46,671 nt of DNA from Hyphomicrobium sp. (GCA_046074825.1 JBJTOZ010000090.1:1-46671), one strand, 5' to 3'; positions 1 to 9,492 are shown, counted from the first letter of the stretch. Notes: generated from the letters alone by a model not told the origin. Translations and numbers: made by a program.

Positions 1-357
1 GCAACAGGTGGAGCTGCCTTCAGTGATGGGAAATATCGGAACCACGACTTCTGCAACAATATTGAGATAGGCTGCGGTTCAGGCCTAATTGATGCTAAAG
101 GTAATTTCGGAACGGGTTGGACTGTGGGTGGCGGGGTAGAATTCGCATTGAAGGGAAATTGGACTGCAAAGGCAGAATATCTTTTTGTTGGCATTGATGG
201 TGAAGAGTACTCTGGAACTGCCAATTATCTTTTTAAGAAGCCAGCTGACTATAGCTTCTCAGCAAGTCCAACTGAGTTCAATATCCTGAGAGTTGGTCTT
301 AATTATAATTTCGGTGAATTTTACAAAGCCTCTTCGAATGTATCATTATTAAAATAG
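1..357 (+). CDS. C-terminal part of an Omp25/Omp31-type outer-membrane beta-barrel protein; the 5' end lies outside the window
   Basis: Frame 1 is open from base 1 to the TAG at 355-357. The translation ...GNFGTGWTVGGGVEFALKGNWTAKAEYLFVGIDG...FNILRVGLNYNF shows alternating amphipathic strands and the aromatic terminal strand typical of alphaproteobacterial OMP beta-barrels. A 14-aa tail follows the NYNF strand, which is unusual. Confidence 0.7.
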   Translation, partial: ATGGAAFSDGKYRNHDFCNNIEIGCGSGLIDAKGNFGTGWTVGGGVEFALKGNWTAKAEYLFVGIDGEEYSGTANYLFKKPADYSFSASPTEFNILRVGLNYNFGEFYKASSNVSLLK

Positions 358-583
358 TACAATATTGTACCATATATATGGATTGCAACTTTTGCATTCT
401 ATTTTGAAGTTTTTTCTAAATCTCATTATAAATCTCTTTTATAAATCTATTGTCTTCTACCAACCTGTTGTGGAGACAAAGCTATGCTTCGTGTATCATT
501 ATGCTTCTGGCATCCAATCTTGGAAAGGAAGATTGAAAGAGTGCTCATAAATATGATGATGAGAAAACCTGAAATATATTAAA

Positions 584-1504
584 ATGACGAAAAGCAAAAA
601 TATTATCATCATAGGCCATGCTGCTCTAGATTTTATCTACCGTATTGATTCTTTTCCCTCAAGCCCTACAAAGCTCAAAGCAAAAGAACATATCATCAGT
701 GGGGGTGGTATGGCAGCAAATGCCGCCGCCGCTGCTGCGAAACTTAGAGGCAATGTCTCTCTCTGGAGTAGAATAGGACAAGATCCTGCAGGATCTCTTA
801 TTTGCTCAGAATTGCAAAGTTGTGGAGTTAACACAAAATATATCCAGAAGTTTTTAGGAACGCGATCTGCAACCTCTGCAGTTCTCGTTGATGCGCATGG
901 AGAGCGTTTTATTGTGAGTGAGGATGACCATGAAATGCCAATGGGAACCGAATGGCTTCCTTTAGATGAGATCGATAAGGCAGGCGTTGTACTCAGTGAT
1001 CTTTCATGGTTTGAGGGAACTTATCTTGCTTTTAAAGAAGCAAAGAAAAGGGGCATCACAACAATTGTTGATATGGATCTCGGAGGTGGGAGATTTCTTG
1101 AAAAAATTCTCAATCTCACCGATTATGTAATTTGTTCTGCTCCTGCCTTTGAAATCTTTGTTAAGGGTATAAATCTTACGGATCGATTTCACTGGCTTTT
1201 AAGTAAAGGTGTGCGCCATGCAGGTGTCACACAGGGTTCAAAAGGATACACATGGTTGCAGAAAGAAGGTCAACTCCAACATCAAGTTGCTTTTCCTATT
1301 GATGCAATTGATACGACTGGAGCAGGAGATGCCTTTCATGGGGCCTTTGCTTGGGCATTATCTGAAGGACTTGAAGATAAGAAATGCGCAGAGTACGCAG
1401 CAGCAGCAGCCTCTCTCAAATGTCGGAAGTTAGGTGCTAGATCAGGACTTCCTACTTTGGAAGAACTGGAGACTTTTCTTTCAAAAATGACATCCCTACA
1501 ATAA
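584..1504 (+). CDS. PfkB/ribokinase-family carbohydrate kinase
   Basis: 306-aa ORF with an ATG start. It has the N-terminal GGGMAANAA motif and the C-terminal DTTGAGDAFHGAF motif (anion hole/catalytic Asp) diagnostic of the pfkB family. The substrate cannot be determined. Confidence 0.85.
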   Translation: MTKSKNIIIIGHAALDFIYRIDSFPSSPTKLKAKEHIISGGGMAANAAAAAAKLRGNVSLWSRIGQDPAGSLICSELQSCGVNTKYIQKFLGTRSATSAVLVDAHGERFIVSEDDHEMPMGTEWLPLDEIDKAGVVLSDLSWFEGTYLAFKEAKKRGITTIVDMDLGGGRFLEKILNLTDYVICSAPAFEIFVKGINLTDRFHWLLSKGVRHAGVTQGSKGYTWLQKEGQLQHQVAFPIDAIDTTGAGDAFHGAFAWALSEGLEDKKCAEYAAAAASLKCRKLGARSGLPTLEELETFLSKMTSLQ

Positions 1505-1536
1505 GCTGAATACCCAAAAAGTCTCAAAGAGGCCTC

Positions 1537-1995
1537 ATGCAGAAGCACAAAGTCAATAAAAAGTTCATAAGATCCATCTTCCTAATACAGCTATTTTCTT
1601 TTTTATCCCTCATAGGGTCTCCATCTTCTTGGAGTGAAGAACAAAAACAAGATGTCTTGGGAGGAAAAAAAGAATATGAAATAGCCTGCCTGCCGTGTCA
1701 TGGACTGGATGGAAAAGGAGATGGACCTCAGGCAAAAACACTTTCTCTGATGCCTGCTGATTTAACGCGCATCGCCAAATCACGAAATGGACAATTTCCA
1801 GAAAGAGAAATCTATGATCTGATTGATGGTCGTGGTGTCATTCCTGCTCACGGCAAAAAAGATATGCCCATTTGGGGCTTACGTTACCGAACAACTAGTG
1901 TTCATAAAGACAACCAACTCGCAACTGACCAGCGCGTTCGCCGTCAAATCGAAAGCCTTGTTCAGTACTTAAAAACAATTCAGCAGATGGACTGA
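1537..1995 (+). CDS. Secreted monohaem c-type cytochrome
   Basis: 152-aa ORF with an N-terminal hydrophobic signal (IFLIQLFSFLSLIGSPSSWS), a CLPCH haem-binding CxxCH motif, and a downstream DMPIWG segment that could supply the Met ligand. Confidence 0.8.
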   Translation: MQKHKVNKKFIRSIFLIQLFSFLSLIGSPSSWSEEQKQDVLGGKKEYEIACLPCHGLDGKGDGPQAKTLSLMPADLTRIAKSRNGQFPEREIYDLIDGRGVIPAHGKKDMPIWGLRYRTTSVHKDNQLATDQRVRRQIESLVQYLKTIQQMD

Positions 1996-2115
1996 AAGCC
2001 ATTCCACTAAAGCATTAATGAATTCTTCAAAAGAGTTATCGCACATAATGATAATACATTAAGGTATGTAATGGCACAGCGGATTTTTCCAATGAATATT
2101 AGGATCTGAGAGATT

Positions 2116-2775
2116 ATGAACTTTGCCAAAAAGCGAACCGTCATTCTGATTTCTGGTCGCGGATCTAATATGAAAAGTTTGGTCGAAGCCTCTCAAAGTC
2201 CAAACTTTCCAGTAGAGATAGTTTTAATCCTTTCAAATAAACCTGAAGCAGAAGGACTTCATTGGGCTCGTAAGAAAGGGCTTCCTGTTTATGAACTTGA
2301 TGACACACTCTACAAAGAACGCGCACATTTCGAAAACGAATTGGATAAGGCTCTTGAAATTGTAAAAACAGACTTGATCTGCTTGGCAGGTTTTATGCGG
2401 CTGCTGAGCAAAAGTTTTGTGATGAAGTGGAACAATCGCATTCTTAACATTCATCCTTCTTTGCTGCCAGCCTTTAAGGGATTGCACACACATCAAAGAG
2501 CACTAGAAGAGGGTGTAAAATTTACAGGATGCACTGTCCATCTCGTACGACCTGAAATGGATGAAGGACCAATACTTGGACAGGCCGTAGTTCCTGTTTT
2601 GCCCAATGATACAGAAGAAATTCTCTCTGCTCGCGTGCTTGCAGCTGAGCATCGTCTCTATCCAAAAGTTTTAGAGCTTTTTGCAAGCGATTCGATCCTT
2701 GTAGAAGGGAAAAAAACCACTTTCCCATTTACCATAAATCGAGGCGAACCCATCTATTGCCCCCCTCTTGCATGA
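2116..2775 (+). CDS. purN: Phosphoribosylglycinamide formyltransferase
   Basis: 219 aa. It contains VILISGRGSNM, NIHPSLLPAFKG and GCTVHLV...DEGPI, the canonical PurN formyltransferase motifs. Confidence 0.92.
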   Translation: MNFAKKRTVILISGRGSNMKSLVEASQSPNFPVEIVLILSNKPEAEGLHWARKKGLPVYELDDTLYKERAHFENELDKALEIVKTDLICLAGFMRLLSKSFVMKWNNRILNIHPSLLPAFKGLHTHQRALEEGVKFTGCTVHLVRPEMDEGPILGQAVVPVLPNDTEEILSARVLAAEHRLYPKVLELFASDSILVEGKKTTFPFTINRGEPIYCPPLA

Positions 2776-3106
2776 AACCACAAACTAATTGTTATTATGC
2801 TTAAATAGATAGATATTGTGCAGCGAATTTCTGAAGTTTATTAACGCTCTAATGTCGCAGATTATAGACACATTGTCCGACACAATGTTATTTATGGAGT
2901 GTGAAAAATACTTAATCTTAAATACGCATTTCGAAATGAACAGCTCCTCAATTATAATTTTCTATGCATCTCACAAAAACTCATATGAGAGCTTGAATAA
3001 TGGATGCCTCAAATACCTTAGTGACAAGTGGAATGCTTGAATTGAGCTCTGAGAAAAAAGCAATCCCGTTTCCCAAAAAGCCCCCTTGCAGGAGTTTGAT
3101 GATACG

Positions 3107-4471
3107 ATGACTATTCAAGAACAAGTAAGTTACGCTCAGGGGCTCGGAGAAACCAACAGTATTTGGTTTAAACTCACGGCGTTGTCGAAAGGCGACCCAG
3201 ACAATCCGATGCGAACTTTGCAAATGATGGCAGATCGTTATGGTCCAGTAATCGCCGTCAATATGGCAGACCAAAGAGTTGTTTTCCTCACAGAACCAGA
3301 TCATTTCAAACACGTTCTTGTGACCAAAGCAGATGACTACATTAAATATTTTGATGGTCTCAAACCTATTTTTGGAAAATCGATGATTACCCACGATGGC
3401 GCGTTATGGCAAAAAATTCGCATGCCACAGCAGCCTGCGTTTCATCCAGACATGTTTGCAGAATATATCCCCTACTTCCTTCAAGCTATTCGCACCAAAA
3501 TGGATCTATGGTCAGAACTCGCAAGAACTCGCGAAAAGTTCGAAATGGTTGAGCAAACGTGGACACTCGCTGCTGATATGATTTGTAAGGCTCTTTTTGA
3601 CAGAGATATGCCTTTTAATCCGCATTTCATTTTCAAGTGCGTCAAAACCTATACAAATGTTATGAACCACAAATCTATTAGACTTAAAGTGGTTACGAAC
3701 GAAGAATTTGAAATCACCGAGGAAGATGCTGCCAAAGCAATGGAAACGTGGGCAGCAGTACCTTTGGCTGTGATAAATGCGCAGCCCCGTGAAGAAAGAG
3801 AAAGAACACTATTAAAAATGATCGAGAATGTGGTTGCTGATCCTAACGTACCAGAGTTTGATCAACAGCAGGCCCTCGACGAATTAAAACAGTATTTGTG
3901 GGCTGGAACAGAAACGACAGCTCTTACTCTGGCCTGGGCTCTTTATCTTGTCTCCAAGCGCCCTGAAGCTGCCGAACGCATACGAAAGGAAGGCGAAACA
4001 ATTTATGGAAATCGTGAGCCAACTGCTGCCGATTATTCTGGTCTAGCCTACACGCGAGCTGTCATTCAGGAAACGATGCGTCTTTATCCTCCAATCTGGG
4101 GATTAATTCGGATTGCAACAAAAGCGGATAAAATTGGTGATAAGGAAATACGTCCCAACGATCGCATTGTTATTTTTGGATATGGGGCACATCACAACGC
4201 AAAATTCTGGCCGGAACCTGAAGAATTTAGACCCGAACGTTGGATGGGAAATACAAAAGGGCAAGTTAAATATTCTTATCTGCCTTTTGGAGCTGGAAAA
4301 CGTTCTTGTATTGGTGGAGCTATGAGCCAAGTCGAAAATACGCTTGCTCTTTCCATTCTCCTGAGACGTTTCCGAACTGAATATGTAGGACACGAGCCTC
4401 CAGGAATTAGTGGAACAGTAACTCTCACACCCAAAGGTGGGCTGCATTTCCGCGTCCACGAGCTGGTCTAA
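3107..4471 (+). CDS. Cytochrome P450, E-class-like
   Basis: The ORF opens at TTG 3086. ATG 3107 is preferred because AGGAG lies at 3090-3094. It has the I-helix AGTETTA, the ExxR motif ETMRLYPP, and the Cys-ligand loop FGAGKRSCIGG. Confidence 0.9.
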   Translation: MTIQEQVSYAQGLGETNSIWFKLTALSKGDPDNPMRTLQMMADRYGPVIAVNMADQRVVFLTEPDHFKHVLVTKADDYIKYFDGLKPIFGKSMITHDGALWQKIRMPQQPAFHPDMFAEYIPYFLQAIRTKMDLWSELARTREKFEMVEQTWTLAADMICKALFDRDMPFNPHFIFKCVKTYTNVMNHKSIRLKVVTNEEFEITEEDAAKAMETWAAVPLAVINAQPREERERTLLKMIENVVADPNVPEFDQQQALDELKQYLWAGTETTALTLAWALYLVSKRPEAAERIRKEGETIYGNREPTAADYSGLAYTRAVIQETMRLYPPIWGLIRIATKADKIGDKEIRPNDRIVIFGYGAHHNAKFWPEPEEFRPERWMGNTKGQVKYSYLPFGAGKRSCIGGAMSQVENTLALSILLRRFRTEYVGHEPPGISGTVTLTPKGGLHFRVHELV

Positions 4472-4627
4472 AATCCTTGTTTATGCGAGAAGAAATTATG
4501 AGCCTCAATCCTTTTCAGTGTGGAGCTTTGTCCATATAACGTTCAATGATCAGTTCATCGCAGATTGAGATGAGAAAATCGTCTTTGAGGACAAAATATA
4601 AAGCTTATGGACTGAGAGACAAAAGTA

Positions 4628-5050
4628 TTAGCCTACGATTTCGTCTAAACGGAAATTCAAAGCAATTTCTCTTTCAGCAGAGGCAGAACTATCTGAACCA
4701 TGGGTTGAGTTCTCCCCTTTTGAGACAGCAAAAAGTTTTCGTATTGTTCCAGAACTTGCTTCCTTTGGATCTGTAGCTCCCATAATTTCACGATACTTTG
4801 CTATTGCGGATTCACCCTCTAAAACCTGCGTGACGATTGGACCTGAAGTCATAAATTCACAAAGCTCTCCATAGAATGGACGGGCCTTATGTTCTTCGTA
4901 GAATTTTTCTGCTTGTGCTCGTGTCCACCGAACTCTTTTTTGCGCCACAATTCGAAGGCCTGATTTTTCAATAACTGCATTAATAGCGCCAGTAAGATTG
5001 CGCCGAGTTGCATCTGGCTTGATAATAGAAAATGTTCTCTCAATTGCCAT
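4628..5050 (-). CDS. ndk: Nucleoside-diphosphate kinase
   Basis: [14 protein letters not shown]... and NSTHGSDS (catalytic His) are present. The ORF extends to a TTG at 5065, but ATG 5050 is preceded by GGAG and gives the canonical N-terminus. Confidence 0.93.
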   Translation of the reverse strand: MAIERTFSIIKPDATRRNLTGAINAVIEKSGLRIVAQKRVRWTRAQAEKFYEEHKARPFYGELCEFMTSGPIVTQVLEGESAIAKYREIMGATDPKEASSGTIRKLFAVSKGENSTHGSDSSASAEREIALNFRLDEIVG

Positions 5051-5404
5051 GGCCTGATGCTCCAATTAAAATGTATCTATTTTCAAAATTTTCATTGGCT
5101 TATACCTGTCTCTCTACAGCACTTCAAGCCAAACCTAGCCCCTTCCCTTACCCTAAAAAAATTTCGATGTTTGGCTTAGGTAGCTTTTACTTCTGCCGTG
5201 AAAATGAGTTTGTGGGAGCCATTCAACAACCTAACTCTTTGCCAAAAGGTATTTTCTTCCCTTATCTCAACAAGTTTTCAGGATAAGCGAATTTTATAAA
5301 GGAAGTCCATAAAGCAAAGGACCAGAACCCCAAAATATGCCTTAATTTCTCACGATATCAAATGACACTTTGTAATTTAGGATTAGAAGTTTTGGGGCTA
5401 AAGC

Positions 5405-6739
5405 GTGGGTGCAAATACTGAGAATAAAATTTGGTATCTTGCTCGTAATGGTAAACGGCACGGTCCTCTCTCCGATTTGGAGATGAGCAAACTTGTAGAG
5501 ATGGGCCATCTCAAAGATCATGACCTTGTCTGGCGTCCTGGCTTCCAAGAATGGAGGAGGTCCTCGAGCGTTTTTTTACCAACTGTGGCCACATCGAAGC
5601 CCTCAAAACCAGAGGAAGGTTCAACAGCCCAAAGAAAAAAAATATCCAATAGAGAACACAATACATCTTTCAAGGAAAAAAAAGATCTTTCTTCATCTGA
5701 GCAAGATCCTTCTCCTCAAGCAAAAAAAACACCTAAATTACCAGAGGAGACATTCCAATGGGATATTTATTATGAAGGAGAAGATGGTCCAGAGTTCCAA
5801 TATTTTAAAGACAATGAAGATCTACGACCAGAAGTTTCTACAAAAAGAAACTACAGAAAAGTTTTCAAAGCATCTGCTATGATAGCTTTTTTTGGAAGTA
5901 TAGGCACTGCAGGATACTATTATTATGATCAAATTTTACTTATGTCTGATCTTGTCATTACGCAGCTCACAAAAAAAGAAGAACCGTTTACGAAGTATTC
6001 TTCGCGAGATCCTCAACTTTATCCCCAAACCTCTGCTCTTGGATCGTCAAACACAAACATTGAGACAAAGGATTTAGAATTACAAACCAATACCCGAGAT
6101 AATGCTCTTCAAAAATCTCCAATGTGGGCACTTTTAAAAAAAGAATTCCCAGATTGGTATAAGCTGCAGTTATCCGATATTGAAAAGATGGAAGCTGAAA
6201 ATCGGTCAGAAGTTGAAATAAATAAGAAGCTGACTGAGTCGTTGGTAGCGTTACGTCGTTTGAATGCCCAAAAAGCATTAGCTGCTAGCCCAGATCAGCT
6301 CCAAAAAATTGCCTCATCATTCATTTTGAATCTCTCTTCATTAGAAGAAAGAAGTGTAGAGGATTGCTACGGTTTCATAAGCAATGGTGAATTGGCGCCA
6401 TATGCAATGTCGATGACACTAAATCCCACAGAAGGAGCAAAACTCCACGCTCAGACAGAAGCTATATTTCGAGCAATTGTTGAGGGAGAAAAATCTCCCT
6501 CATCACATGAGCAACCCCTAAAAGGTGATTATGACCTTCTAGCAAAAGAGCTTAGTTATATAGGTTGGAGCGAGGCCGACATACAGCTTTTTGCAAATCC
6601 GCAGATTTTATCAAACTCTCCACCTGCGAAAGTTTGTAAAATGGTTCGAGAGTGGTTCTCAGCCCACCTTTCAATAAAGGATGAAAAAGTGCGGGATCGA
6701 TTACTCTTTGAAACTTTACGCCCACTCGTAGCAGGTTAA
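5405..6739 (+). CDS. GYF_2-domain membrane protein of unknown function
   Basis: GTG start. The N-terminus WYLARNGKRHGPLSDLEMSKLVEMGHLKDHDLVWRPGFQEWRR matches the bacterial GYF_2 domain pattern. A K/E/S-rich linker follows, then one hydrophobic helix (AMIAFFGSIGTAGYYYY), then a helical C-terminal domain of about 270 aa. Confidence 0.7.
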   Translation: MGANTENKIWYLARNGKRHGPLSDLEMSKLVEMGHLKDHDLVWRPGFQEWRRSSSVFLPTVATSKPSKPEEGSTAQRKKISNREHNTSFKEKKDLSSSEQDPSPQAKKTPKLPEETFQWDIYYEGEDGPEFQYFKDNEDLRPEVSTKRNYRKVFKASAMIAFFGSIGTAGYYYYDQILLMSDLVITQLTKKEEPFTKYSSRDPQLYPQTSALGSSNTNIETKDLELQTNTRDNALQKSPMWALLKKEFPDWYKLQLSDIEKMEAENRSEVEINKKLTESLVALRRLNAQKALAASPDQLQKIASSFILNLSSLEERSVEDCYGFISNGELAPYAMSMTLNPTEGAKLHAQTEAIFRAIVEGEKSPSSHEQPLKGDYDLLAKELSYIGWSEADIQLFANPQILSNSPPAKVCKMVREWFSAHLSIKDEKVRDRLLFETLRPLVAG

Positions 6740-6913
6740 AAGAACCTCAATAATGAAGTGAGTTCCTTTAAGTTCTATCATAAGTTGTATTTTGTCTAAA
6801 AAATTATTTCCTCCTTTATTATTTTATTCATGCTAAAATATTTCTTTTTTTCTAGGATGTTTTATACCAAAATTATCAATGATAAAAATAATCCTTTAGG
6901 CTCATAATGTCAT

Positions 6914-7612
6914 ATGATTTCTGTTATTATTCCAACGCTCAATTCTGAATTGGATCTGCCAAAAACACTTAATGCCCTCGTCCCTGCTGCTATAGAGGGA
7001 ATTATAAAAGAGGTGATCATTGTCGACGGAGGCTCTGAAGATCTCACCCTCAAGATTGCTGATAATGCAGGAGCAAAAATAATAAGCTGTGAAAGAGGCA
7101 GGGGAAAACAACTAAAAACTGGAGCCTATGAAGCACGCTACCCTTGGCTATTGTTTCTCCATGCGGATACAGAACTCATGTTAGGCTGGGAAAGCATAGT
7201 GTGCGAGTTTGTTGAAAAAATAGAAAAAATGAAGCTTAACTCACAAGCTGCTGCATTTCGATTTAAATTGTCAGATTCTGGATGGCGGCCAAAATTACTT
7301 GAAGCTCTGGTTGCTCTGCGTTGTTGGCTCCTCAAATTACCTTATGGAGACCAAGGCTTACTTATTTCTAGATCTCTCTATGATGAAATCGGAGGGTATA
7401 ACTGCCAACCTATTATGGAAGATATTGATATCATAAGACGACTTGGAAGGCAGCGAATTCGCTTACTTCCCGTTGACGCAAAAACCAGTGCCCGACGATA
7501 TAAACAAGAAGGATACTTTAAAAGAACACTGCGCAATCAAATCTGCATCATACTTTATATCATAGGAATAAAGAGGGAGCACATTGCGCATTTTTACGAA
7601 AAAACAGAATAA
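6914..7612 (+). CDS. Family-2 glycosyltransferase-like protein resembling rSAM/selenodomain-associated transferase 2 (TIGR04283-like, from memory)
   Basis: The motifs ISVIIPTLN, VIIVDGGSED, LLFLHADT, LPYGDQGL, MEDIDIIRRL and TSARRY occur in the order and spacing I recall for this family. Confidence 0.8.
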   Translation: MISVIIPTLNSELDLPKTLNALVPAAIEGIIKEVIIVDGGSEDLTLKIADNAGAKIISCERGRGKQLKTGAYEARYPWLLFLHADTELMLGWESIVCEFVEKIEKMKLNSQAAAFRFKLSDSGWRPKLLEALVALRCWLLKLPYGDQGLLISRSLYDEIGGYNCQPIMEDIDIIRRLGRQRIRLLPVDAKTSARRYKQEGYFKRTLRNQICIILYIIGIKREHIAHFYEKTE

Positions 7613-7639
7613 TAATTTCGAACTCTGGATTTTCAAAAT

Positions 7640-8341
7640 TTGAATACGCTTATAAAAACTCAACAACAAAAGGGCATAAGAAAAAAATCATCACGGTTTT
7701 TTTTTAAAAAAACTTCGCCAATACAGTATTTAGTTATTATGCTAAAAGTGCCAGTTGCTGGAAAAGTAAAGACAAGACTTGCTCAGGATATCGGAACAAT
7801 TCGTGCTACATTTATTTACCGACACACTCTTCAGATACTTCTCCGTCGGGTTGGCTACTCTCGTACATGGACAACCATCCTAGCTGTATCGCCAGACACC
7901 GAAGCAGCAACACCAATACTTCCTTTGAATTTAGAAAGGCGTATCCAAGGAAGAGGTAGCCTTGGCGAACGATTAGAAAGAATTTTTAAGAGCCTCAGTC
8001 CAAAGCCGGTTATCATCATAGGATCAGACATACCCAGCATTACTTACGACGATATTGCAAAAGCTTTCCACCGTCTTAAAGGAAAAAGTGCTATTATTGG
8101 ACCCTCACATGATGGTGGCTACTGGCTAATTGGTCTTAGAGGACAAAAACAAGCTGCCAATCTTTTCCAATCGGTCCCTTGGTCAAGCAAAACCACACTT
8201 CAAAGAACTCTTCAAAACCTCTTAGATTTTGATGTTACAATCTTCACTACATTGCGGGATATTGATAACAAATCAGACTATGAAAAATTGAAACATATGA
8301 TCGGACAAAGTATTTTATCACCTTTTAAAAAAAGGATTTAG
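7640..8341 (+). CDS. DUF2064 nucleotide-diphospho-sugar transferase-like protein (TIGR04282-like, rSAM/selenodomain-associated transferase 1, from memory)
   Basis: It contains YLVIMLKVPVAGKVKTRLA, GSLGERL, IIIGSDIPS, GPSHDGGYWLIGL, VPWSSKTTL and LRDIDNKSDY. The start is uncertain: the TTG 7640 ORF runs through a T9A7 tract, and the alternative is ATG 7739. Confidence 0.8.
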   Translation: MNTLIKTQQQKGIRKKSSRFFFKKTSPIQYLVIMLKVPVAGKVKTRLAQDIGTIRATFIYRHTLQILLRRVGYSRTWTTILAVSPDTEAATPILPLNLERRIQGRGSLGERLERIFKSLSPKPVIIIGSDIPSITYDDIAKAFHRLKGKSAIIGPSHDGGYWLIGLRGQKQAANLFQSVPWSSKTTLQRTLQNLLDFDVTIFTTLRDIDNKSDYEKLKHMIGQSILSPFKKRI

Positions 8342-8440
8342 TACGCCTTTTTCAAAAAAAGAAGTAGTGCATAGTAAGATGCGATGAACCTAAGCCTAAA
8401 AAAAAATGCAGATCTAAAAACAGGGTAATTTCTAAGAATA

Positions 8441-9337
8441 CTATGCTTTATCTTTTAAAAGAGCCTTCTTGACCATGAGAAAGTCCCTCCAAGCAAATTT
8501 TTTCGCAGCTGGTGTACGCAAAAGATAAGCTGGATGCAAACTCGCAAGTGTGGGAATAAGTGCATCCCTAATATTCGTCTCAAACCATCTCCCACGAATA
8601 CGTAATATCCCTTCATCTGAACGGAGGATTTGCTTAGCAGCAGAACTGCCAAGCAAAAGAAGAATACTTGGAGAAACAAGTGAGATTTGTTTTTCTAGAA
8701 AAGGCCTGCAAACTTCAGTTTCCTGAGGAGTTGGTGTTCTGTTGCCTGGGGGACGCCAATACACAACATTTGTGATATGAACACTCTTCTCATCTAGTCC
8801 AATTGCTGCAAGCATGCGATCTAAAAGCTGCCCCGCACGCCCAACAAATGGACTGCCCTTTAAATCTTCATCTCTACCAGGGGCCTCTCCTATTATCATC
8901 AAAGAAGCATTTGATGTTCCGCGATAAAAACAAAGGGTCTTAGCAGTCTTCTTGAGGGAACACCCTTCAAAATTCTCTAAAGCTGTTTTTAACTCCTCAA
9001 GATTTTTTACTGTTTTTAGGTTTACTCTAGTGTTTTCAAGAATAGTTTCTAAAGAAACTAAGGAGGAAGCTAGCGGTTGTGTAATACTAGAAGCTTTTTG
9101 TAAAGAGCCTTTAAGATTTTCAGTTTTTGAATGTTTAAGATCTACATCGACTTTGTTTCCCAAGCTTTCAGAAAGGACTTCTTTTGAGCTTTCATCAAGA
9201 AATAATCTGGATGATTGTGAGGGAAATTTTTCTTGATCAAACCAATTATGAGCCTCATCATCAATAACTTCATCAGCCCCCATTTCGATTGTCCACTCCA
9301 AGAGTGCACGGAGTGCTTCATGTGTGGTACTAGACAT
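8441..9337 (-). CDS. Family-4 uracil-DNA glycosylase with an N-terminal extension of about 130 aa
   Basis: It carries motif A GEAPGRDEDLKGSPFVGRAGQLLDRML and motif B SLHPAYLLR. The N-terminal LEWTIEMGADEV segment resembles the extension seen in alphaproteobacterial homologues. Confidence 0.88.
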   Translation of the reverse strand: MSSTTHEALRALLEWTIEMGADEVIDDEAHNWFDQEKFPSQSSRLFLDESSKEVLSESLGNKVDVDLKHSKTENLKGSLQKASSITQPLASSLVSLETILENTRVNLKTVKNLEELKTALENFEGCSLKKTAKTLCFYRGTSNASLMIIGEAPGRDEDLKGSPFVGRAGQLLDRMLAAIGLDEKSVHITNVVYWRPPGNRTPTPQETEVCRPFLEKQISLVSPSILLLLGSSAAKQILRSDEGILRIRGRWFETNIRDALIPTLASLHPAYLLRTPAAKKFAWRDFLMVKKALLKDKA

Positions 9338-9492
9338 TATGTTCTCTTATAAATTGTAAGAATGATTGTGTTAATCCAAAAATGGTTTATTTAGGGACTA
9401 ACAAATGATCATGCTTGACGTCTTTATCTCTCAGACGTAATCGAGGAATTTAGATTTTTTTTGCAAATTAGCAATGGTAGGTTCGTTCAAAT

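Noticed and set aside
357-370. Perfect 14-bp palindrome GTACAATATTGTAC directly after the porin stop codon
   Set aside because: A 7+7 perfect palindrome is expected by chance a few times in 46 kb of AT-rich DNA. As a hairpin it has only a 5-bp stem and no U-tract, and it matches no operator consensus I know.
365-550. 61-aa ORF in the spacer between the porin gene and the pfkB kinase
   Set aside because: The peptide is AT-rich and Leu/Ile/Phe/Lys-dominated with no motif, no SD and no signal-peptide logic. It is most likely non-coding promoter DNA.
2816-3040. 74-aa ORF upstream of the P450 gene
   Set aside because: It has no motif or RBS, and its composition is that of AT-rich intergenic DNA. 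The same reasoning applies to 5032-5286, 5342-5548, 20390-20587 and 21697-21897.
5328-5396. 8-bp inverted repeat CCCCAAAA ... TTTTGGGG bracketing about 53 nt just upstream of the GYF-protein GTG start, as a possible RBS-sequestering structure
   Set aside because: The loop is long and unstructured by eye. There is no supporting covariation or second stem, so the idea remains speculative.
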